DNA from: Octopus sinensis
Lineage: Eukaryota
Direction of reading: 5' to 3'
Length of the DNA: 43,674 nucleotides
Assembly: GCF_006345805.1 (NCBI RefSeq)
Contig: NW_021834992.1
Coordinates: 1-43,674, forward strand
The notes beneath the pieces are model-generated. The model did not search any database. It was not told the DNA's origin and worked only from the letters and a program-made list of their open reading frames with translations. The position numbers were made by a program, and so were the translations under genes. This document shows positions 36,276 through 43,674 of this stretch, in pieces (positions within the stretch are counted from its first letter, which is position 1; the number at the start of each line of letters is the position of its first letter).

Positions 36276-36445
36276 GTGGAGGCGCAACGGTCCAGCGGTT
36301 AGGGCAGTGGACTCTTGGTCGTAGGATCGCGGTTTCGATTTCCAGATCTAGCGTTGTGAGCGTTTATTGGCCGAAAACACCTGAAACTCTAGGAGGCTTA
36401 ACTGGATCAACTGGGACTCTCGTAGTCGTAACCGACGGAATGCCA
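36276..36445 (+). mobile_element. SINE family B with a large internal deletion
   Basis: 5' ~120 bp joined directly to the last ~50 bp (ggatcaactggga..gtaaccgacggaatgcca). Confidence 0.8.
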
Positions 36446-36458
36446 CTATATGTGTGTG

Positions 36459-36490
<32 letters not shown>

Positions 36491-36497
36491 CGCACGT

Positions 36498-36870
36498 GTG
36501 GAGGCGCAATAGCCGAGTGGTTAGTGCAGCGGATTCGCAGTCGTAGGATAGCGGTTTCGATTCCCAGCTGGGGGCGTTGTGAGTATTTATTGGGCGAAAA
36601 CACTTAAAGCTCAACGAGGCTCTAGCAGGGTGTGGTGATAAACCCTGCTGTACTCTTTCACCACAACTTTCTCTTTTTCTTCCTGTTTCTGTTGTACCTG
36701 TATTTCAAAGGGCCAGTTTCGTTACACTCTGTGTCACACTGAATCTCCCCGAGAACTACGATGAGGGTACACGTGTCTGTGGAGTGCTCAGCCACCTGCA
36801 CGTTAATTTCACGAGCAGGCTGATGCGTTGATCGGGTCGACTGGGGCTTTGTCGTCGTAACCCAAGGAGT
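36498..36870 (+). mobile_element. SINE family B, full length, directly after (TG)n(CG)n
   Basis: gtggaggcgcaatagccgagtggttag..gcggtttcgattccc..; collinear with 2602-2978. Confidence 0.88.
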
Positions 36871-36875
36871 TTCAT

Positions 36876-37047
36876 GGATTAAGTCGATTAGATCGACCCT
36901 AGTGCGTAACTGGTACTTAATTTATCGACCCCGAAGGGATGAAAGGCAAAGTCGACCTCGGCGGAATTTGAACTCAGAATGTAACGTCAGACGAAATACT
37001 GCTGAGCATTTCGTCCGGCGTGCTAACGTTTCTGCCAGCTCGCTGCC
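36876..37047 (-). mobile_element. SINE family A, partial
   Basis: Revcomp ggcagcgagctggcagaaacgttagcacgccgg..ttctgagttcaaattccgccgaggtcgactttgcctttcatcc. Confidence 0.9.
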
Positions 37048-37574
37048 CCAAGACGATGATACTCATAGAGACATTATTTAGCACCGCAACAGTTACACGA
37101 ACAACAAGATTAGCAACAATAAAAGCTGTTAGAAATATTGTAAATCTGTAATAACCTTCTCCAACTCGATGTAAGGCGACTCTGAAGAAAACAAAACACA
37201 GATAAAAAATAAAAAGAGAAACCACAGGAGCAAGAACAGCATAAACAAAAAAGCGTAATAAATAAACATCAATGAGGAGACGCTGGTGAAATAAATCGAT
37301 TTATTTATGTTCCAACCGTTTCAGAATTAAAGCAGAATGATGGAATGACATGCAAGAATACTAAACAGTCGAAGTATGGACATAAGAAAATAAATGGAAT
37401 ACTGTAACACAACAATAAAAAGCATCGATAACAGCAATAATATTTGAGAACGTTTGCTCGACATTTCGAAGAAGTAAAGTAAATAGACAAGAGAAGTGTT
37501 TCACAGGAGAAGTGTGTCTGAACTGTGGCTCTGGTGGTGGTGTTTATCAAACGAAAGATATTAACGGCAAATAA

Positions 37575-38325
37575 GGCGGCGAGCTGGCAGAAACGTTAGC
37601 ACGCCGGGCGAAATGCTTTGCGGTATTTCGCCTGCCGTTACGTTCTGAGTTCAAATTCCGCCGAGGTCGACCTTGCCATTCATCCTTTCGGGGTCGATTA
37701 TATAAGAACCAGTTACGCACTGGAGTCGATATAATCGACTTAATCCGTTTGTCTGTCCTTGCTTGTCCTCTCTGTGTTTAGCCCCTTGTGGGTAGTAAAG
37801 AAATAGGTATTTCGTCTGCCGTTTCGTTCTGAGTTCAAATTCCGCCGAGGTCGACCTTGCCATTCATTCTTTCGGGGTCGATTAAATAAGTACCAGTTGC
37901 GCACTGGAGTCGATATAATCGACTTTTTACGTGTGTCTGTCCTTGCTTGTCCTCTCTGTGTTTAGCCCCTTGTGGGTAGTAAAGAAATAGGTATTTCGTC
38001 TGCCGTTACGTTCTGAGTTCAAATTCCGCCGTGGTCGACTTTGCCTTTCATCCTATCGGGGTCGATAAATTAAGTACCAGTTACGCACTGGAGTCGATAT
38101 AATCGACTTATTACGTGTGTCTGTCCTTGCTTGTCCTCTCTGTGTTTAGCCCCTTGTGGGTAGTAAAGAAATAGGTATTTCGTCAAAATGCTTCGCGGCA
38201 TTTCATCCATCATTCCGTTCTGAGTCGAAATTCCGCCCGAGGTCAATTTTGGAATCAATAACACTGGGACCGTTTTAATTGATTTTTCCCCCCTCTCCCT
38301 AAACTGCTGGCCTTGTGCGAAAAGA
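37575..38325 (+). mobile_element. SINE-A trimer (head + three 184 bp units) abutting a degenerate A copy
   Basis: Unit starts at 37623, 37807 and 37991; a fourth unit starts at 38175 and breaks off after ~10 bp. Confidence 0.93.
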
Positions 38326-39065
38326 AAAAACCTGGATGTCTAACATGATCCTCGTTGGTTGATTTTTATGTTGTTGGTGGCGGCTTTTTTTTTTGTTATC
38401 AGCATCGACATCTCCCCAACCACCGCCTTTTTTTTACAATCAACCTTCCTCCGATTCCATTACCAACATGACCTCCATCCACACCATTTTTAACGTCACC
38501 ATCATCACCGTCATCACCAGTAGCAGCAACATCAGTCATAATATTATCACCTCCTAACAAATCATTGCTTCTACTCCCAACGATACCACCACTACAACCA
38601 CCACCATGACCGCCAGTTCAAGTTCAGCTGCTGATATTTTTTATAGCCTTCTTCGTGGTATTGTTTATTGATTTCGGCTTATTGCTGACGCTCTTGTTGA
38701 CCCCTATCACTAATTATAACATTTAAATATAAGCGACGTTTCCCCTGGCTCGCATATCTGACCGCAATACAAACAGAGACAGAAGTAAAAACAGGAATGG
38801 TTGTCTGTGCAGTGATATCTGTATGCAATATTAAACAGCCAAAGCGACGAGAAGAGACGAAACGAAAACAGACGAAACGAAACAAATCCGCGACAATGTA
38901 AGTTTGTTTTGCAAGCAGGCGTTTATCACAACTGACCGCCGACACAACAATGTCATACAAAGCGGCTATGATTGAATAATTAACACCAAGGGACAAGGAA
39001 ATAATTGAAGCTGTTGGATAGCAAGATCGGTCTCGTTAGCTTATTACAGAGATATAAATAATATA

Positions 39066-39412
39066 GTCGCAGGCGTGGCTGTACGATAAGGAGATTGTTT
39101 GCCAGTCATATGGTTCCGGTTTCAGTCCCACTGTGTGCCACCTTGGGCAAGTGTCTTCCACTGCAGCCTCGAGCCGACCAAAGCCTTTTGAGTGGATTTG
39201 ATAGACGGAAACTGAAAGAAGCTTATCGTATACATATACAAACACACACACACACATATATATATATATATGTATACACACACATATGTATACGTTTATA
39301 TACATATATATATATATGTGTGTATGTATGTATATATGTGTGTGTATACATATATGTGTGTGTGTATATGTTATATATGTATGTATGTATGTGTGTGTAT
39401 ACACACACACAC

Positions 39413-39452
<40 letters not shown>

Positions 39453-39680
39453 ATGTTATATATATATGCATGTATGCATGTTTGTGTTTGTCCTCATTCA
39501 TCGCATGAAATCCGGTGTTGGTGTGTTTACGCCCCCGTAACCTAACGATTCGGCCAAAGAACCGATAGAAAAGTACAAGGCTTGAAAGAAAATTACGTAT
39601 TAGGGTTGATTTGTTTGACTAAAATTCTCCAAAGCGGTGCCCCAGCTTGGCCGCAATCTAATGAATGAACCAAATAAGAG
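39066..39680 (+). mobile_element. CORE-type SINE with a ~260 bp internal microsatellite
   Basis: ctgtgtgccaccttgggcaagtgtctt (39131-39157) resembles the CORE/MIR motif tgtgtgaccttgggcaagtcactt; microsatellite about 39228-39490; tail gcggtgccccagcttggccgcaatctaatgaatgaac. Confidence 0.9.
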
Positions 39681-39731
39681 GTAATAGATACATAGACACA
39701 CGCACAGATACACACTCTTTCATATCCGTGT

Positions 39732-39765
<34 letters not shown>

Positions 39766-39775
39766 TGTTCTCCTT

Positions 39776-39963
39776 TGGAACACTGGTTTCGAAGCACATC
39801 TACGGCAGGAAAAGTTTGCATAACACATCTACAAATGTGGGTTCGAATGCCACGGGCAGCCTTTGATGTTTTATATACGAAAGTGTGTTTTTTTTTGGGG
39901 GGGGGGTTTAAACCCAAGCCATTATTTATACCTATATATAAGTGCTTCGAGACCAGCATTCCA
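39776..39963. repeat. 22 bp inverted repeat pair enclosing a tRNA T-arm-like motif
   Basis: tggaacactggtttcgaagcac (39776-39797) and gtgcttcgagaccagcattcca (39942-39963), 19/22 complementary; internal gtgggttcgaatgccac. Confidence 0.55.
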
Positions 39964-39986
39964 GAAGCGAATTATTTCACGTTTTC

Positions 39987-40002
39987 TGACGTCATGACGT
40001 CA
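39987..40002. promoter_or_regulatory. Two abutting perfect CRE palindromes (TGACGTCA)2
   Basis: Exact sequence tgacgtcatgacgtca; function not demonstrated. Confidence 0.3.
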
Positions 40003-40084
40003 ACAATATAGATGTCTAGATAGACAAACATGTATAACGCACACCCACACCCACACACACACATATACATGTGTATATGTATGC

Positions 40085-40217
40085 GAGTGTCGAACCGCTA
40101 ACTTACGGAGACGTAATCACACCAACATCGGTTGCTAAGCGATGATGGGGGACAAACACAGACACAAAGGCACACACATAAATACTCACACTCACACACA
40201 CACACGCACGCACGCGC

Positions 40218-40254
<37 letters not shown>

Positions 40255-40290
40255 TATACGATGGGCTTCTTTCAGTTTCCGTCTACCAAG
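40085..40290 (-). mobile_element. CORE-type SINE, central part with internal microsatellite
   Basis: Revcomp ggtagacggaaactgaaagaagcccatcgtatata..tgtttgtccccc..aaccgatgttggtg..cgtaagttagcggttcg. Confidence 0.85.
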
Positions 40291-41452
40291 TTGTACAAGC
40301 AATAAACATATTATATAAACATGTTATAGACAGAAAAAAGAAGAGCAAAAACAATTTTCTATTTACGTGTCTATGTACTTGTCATATGAAATATCTGTCG
40401 GCCGTAAAGTAATTTTTTCGCCTCGTATTTTGAAATCTGAGGTGTCCATCGGCGAATGATAGAATTTATTGATTTAAGAGGAAAAAGCATAATGTATGTA
40501 TCCTTCCGAGGTAAGAACATCGGAAATGTAACAAACCACTTCCTCGAAAATGCTTCATACGCTGCATTACTTGCTTATGCGGTTGAATACACAAAGATGC
40601 AATCATTCATATTTATATATTTATACAAGCACATGGAGGAATATATACGTGCACACACTCACACAACGTTTGTCTTGTCCGTATATACATACATAAATGC
40701 TTACACGCAAGCATACTTACAAACATACATACGTAGGCGAAACTGAGTTATTATTGTACACCCTCTATAAAGAATGTCATAACACAGAGAAACGAGATGC
40801 ATATGCAAGGAAATTAATGCTGGCTTCCTCAAACAGTCTTGCAGTGGCGTGGCAATACTATGTGAAGGTAAATTTACCTGTGCCAACTCAAATGGATGAC
40901 TGTATATAATAAATATGTCAGAGAGAAAGGCCAAGCAATCATGCACAAACAATCCTGCTTCCTTTAGGCATATCAGCTAAGAAAGACATTGCCTTTTCTC
41001 GTTGCATATGCTGGTTAAAAGAGAACAATATTGGTTATCAGATGTAATGGAACACACAGGAGCCGAGCAGGCCATGCACAAAAATGACACAAGGTAGTGT
41101 TGTTTATGCATTGTGGAGGGAGGGATTACGGGAATCTATATCAGAAGCATACAAAAATATTCATGTAAAAGATCAGAGTTATTCAGCAGATGTAGATATG
41201 ATGACAAACACCTGCTAAAATTTTGCAAACCTGTTTCATCCCTGAAGCAAATAAGGTAGAGTAGTAATAATAAGCTTTCTCGTCTTTCTGCAAGTGTTAT
41301 TCTATTTCAAATTCAATATAAACACAATCTTTACTTATTGTTATATCCAGAATTCACATCACAAGCAACTGCATATAATATTGGGAATAGAAATGATTTG
41401 AAGCAGTAAAATCAAAGCTTTTCTTGTTGATTATTACTCACTTCTTCTATTA

Positions 41453-41754
41453 TCATCTTCTTTCTGAGAAATTAGTAACAATACTTCGTTTTTGGATTTG
41501 GTTTGCAAGATTCTTTATATGAGTTCGTGTGTTGAAGCATATTCTGTTGTGTCTGGGGAGAGTCATTTTCTTTTTGTGCCTTACAATGTAACAGACTCAC
41601 CGGTAAAATTTCCACTTATTTCTTATTTTTATTTTCCTACGAGTCAAGACTATTGAAAAGGTTGCAAGACGCAACAAAAATTTTAGGAAAATAAAAATAA
41701 GAAATAAGTGGAAATTGTACCGGTGAGTGTGTTACATTAAAAGGCACCAAAAAG
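41453..41754. mobile_element. Penelope-like pseudo-LTR fragment in a head-to-head inverted arrangement
   Basis: 70 bp inverted arms at 41570-41639 and 41684-41754; the spacer holds the hairpin gttgc-aagac-gcaac in a hammerhead-like context. Minus-strand mini-ORF 41566-41453 is MTLPRHNRICFNTRTHIKNLANQIQKRSIVTNFSERR, whose end resembles the VxNxSxRxL motif that I recall upstream of PLE reverse transcriptase. Confidence 0.6.
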
Positions 41755-42131
41755 TAACAATACATTTTCTTTTTATATCTTAGTCTTATTCTTCAATTAT
41801 CTCATCGAACATATCCAGGGAAGCAAATCACTACCTTAAAATTTAAAATGCTTTCTGCACAATATGGCGCATGACATAACGCAAACACTGCCAAGATGGT
41901 GATATAAACGACTATGCGCGTATCTTTTTATTGTTTGATGATCCATTGATTTCTCTTCGATATCTTTATCACAGATAGAAACGATTCAGGGAAAACTGAC
42001 AAACCACAAAAACCCCATCATGGTGCTGGCATAAATCATTTATGTTCTAATATTTGGTGTGTGCAAGTGGGTGGGTGGCTGTATATAATATGGATATATG
42101 TATATGTATATGTATATATATATATAATATA

Positions 42132-42165
<34 letters not shown>

Positions 42166-42204
42166 TACACATATATAATATATATAAATATATATATATA
42201 TATC

Positions 42205-42278
<74 letters not shown>

Positions 42279-42279
<1 letters not shown>

Positions 42280-42450
42280 TTTATTTAAAAGCAGCAGAAA
42301 TTTAACAAACTGTCCGACGAACGGGAACGTGAAACTCCGAGTAACAGGTTTTGTGAATTTCTGGCTTTTAAATAAAGCATATTACTCTACCCCTGGTATT
42401 TGAGTACTCCTTTTTTCCACCTGGTTTCACATTTATGCGTTTACTCCAGT
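42279..42450 (+). mobile_element. Penelope-like fold-back unit between (TA)n tracts
   Basis: 42279-42313 is an imperfect inverted copy of 42344-42377; the hammerhead motif is in the loop; the unit ends in (TA)n. Confidence 0.6.
42310..42347 (+). ncRNA. Minimal type I hammerhead-ribozyme motif (U4C variant) in a Penelope-like fragment
   Basis: ctgt-CCGACGA-acg(ggaa)cgt-GAAA-ctc(c)gag-TA-acag: stems I, II and III and the UH site are in canonical order; one core deviation (CUGANGA to CCGACGA). Confidence 0.65.
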
Positions 42451-42516
42451 ATATATATATATATACATACACACACAAACACATGTATATGTACATCTAT
42501 ATATGTGTACATGTAC

Positions 42517-42557
<41 letters not shown>

Positions 42558-42595
42558 ATATATATATATATATTATATATATATATATCTATATA

Positions 42596-42622
<27 letters not shown>

Positions 42623-42626
<4 letters not shown>

Positions 42627-42732
42627 ATATAAGGGATATAGCAACCGAACATGGCTAGGACAGGGCAGGGTGGTGGGGGTCACTGTTGCCCTGTCCCTAG
42701 CCATATTCGGTTGGCTAATATCCCTTATATTA
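42623..42732. repeat. ~45 bp-arm palindrome with a 19 nt G-rich loop, between (TA)n tracts
   Basis: aagggatatagcaaccgaacatggctaggacagggca versus tgccctgtccctagccatattcggttggctaatatccctt. Confidence 0.9.
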
Positions 42733-42974
42733 CGGAGCAGTCACTGTCTATATCTCATTTAGAGAATTATTATTGCTATATATATATATATAACATATAT
42801 ATACACATATGCATATATGTAAATAAATATACAGGGTGCGTAAGATATTTGAGGACAGATTTATGTTTATAAAAAACATATATAGTAACAGATAATTTTA
42901 TATATCAAAAAATGTCAGGGAGAATAAAAATAACCATTCTTTTCTATAATGTTATTAAATAAAGCGTGCCCCTA

Positions 42975-43190
42975 ATATCGCTTGTGTGTGCGTCTGTGTT
43001 TGTGCCCCTACTATCGGCTGTTGGTGTACTTACGTCCCCGTACCCTAGCGGTTCTGCAAAAGAGACCGATAGAATAAGTACCAGGCTTACAAAGAATAAG
43101 TCCTGGGGTCGATTTGTTCGACTAAAGGCGGTGCTCCAGCATGGCCGCAGTCAAATTACTGAAACAAGTAAAAGAATAAAAGAATAACAG
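42975..43190 (+). mobile_element. CORE-type SINE, 3' half, followed by (TACA)n to about 43455
   Basis: gttggtgtacttacgtccccgtaccctagcggttctgcaaaagagaccgatagaataagtacc..gactaaaggcggtgctccagcatggccgcagtcaaattactgaaacaagtaaaagaa. Confidence 0.92.
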
Positions 43191-43674
43191 AAGGCATACA
43201 TACATACACACATACATACCTTCAAACATACATACATACACACATACATACACTCATACATACATACATACACACATACATACATAAACACATGCATACA
43301 TACATACATACGTACATACATACATGCATACATACATACACACATGCATACATACTTACATACATACATGCACCCATACATGCAAACATAAGTGCATGCA
43401 CATATACATACACACGTACGCACATCCATCAATACATACAAGCATACATACATACACGCGGTAAAATCTTATTTACCACCCCTGGCTTCTCACTCGCTAC
43501 CATCTTCCGTATGATGGAGGCTTATAACCGTAAGTTAGGCATAATTCGAAACACGCCATATCGGTGTTCAATATCTTGTGTTCTTGGAAATATTTTGGCC
43601 TTCAATTTCCGATTATTATTCCGTAGCCATGATACTCATATGTAGGCTGCCATAAATAATTTAACATCCTGTAC

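Noticed and set aside
40920-41260. Stop-interrupted reading frame (..WLKENNIGYQM*..LWREGLRES..) reminiscent of a transposase or deaminase
   Set aside because: Only short word-level resemblance, several stops and no ordered catalytic motifs; a translated search would be needed.

Overview
This is a 43.7 kb eukaryotic, AT-rich window that looks intronic or intergenic. It is almost certainly cephalopod (Octopus-like), inferred from tRNA-derived SINEs resembling the octopus OR families and the very high microsatellite load. I find no intact protein-coding gene, rRNA, true tRNA or CRISPR array; nearly all listed ORFs are microsatellite read-throughs. The window is a mosaic of: (i) at least five tRNA-headed SINE families, labelled here A, B, C/D/E and a CORE-type family; (ii) degraded LINE 3' ends (three CR1/L2-group, one RTE, one RLE-type R4/Dong-like); (iii) four copies of a ~560 bp element embedded in (TTA)n; (iv) Penelope-like fragments with fold-back structure and minimal hammerhead-ribozyme-like motifs; (v) MITE-like inverted-repeat elements, one containing half a tRNA; (vi) a few unique stretches with clustered transcription-factor motifs. 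The most unusual signals are SINE-A multimers built from an exact 184 bp GT...AG-bounded unit (one dimer has a target-site duplication), the hammerhead fold-backs near 41.5-42.7 kb, and the (TTA)n-linked element chain at 0.5-7.9 kb. All family assignments were made by eye from remembered consensus motifs; no searches were run, and boundaries are approximate (about +/-10 bp) unless stated as exact.
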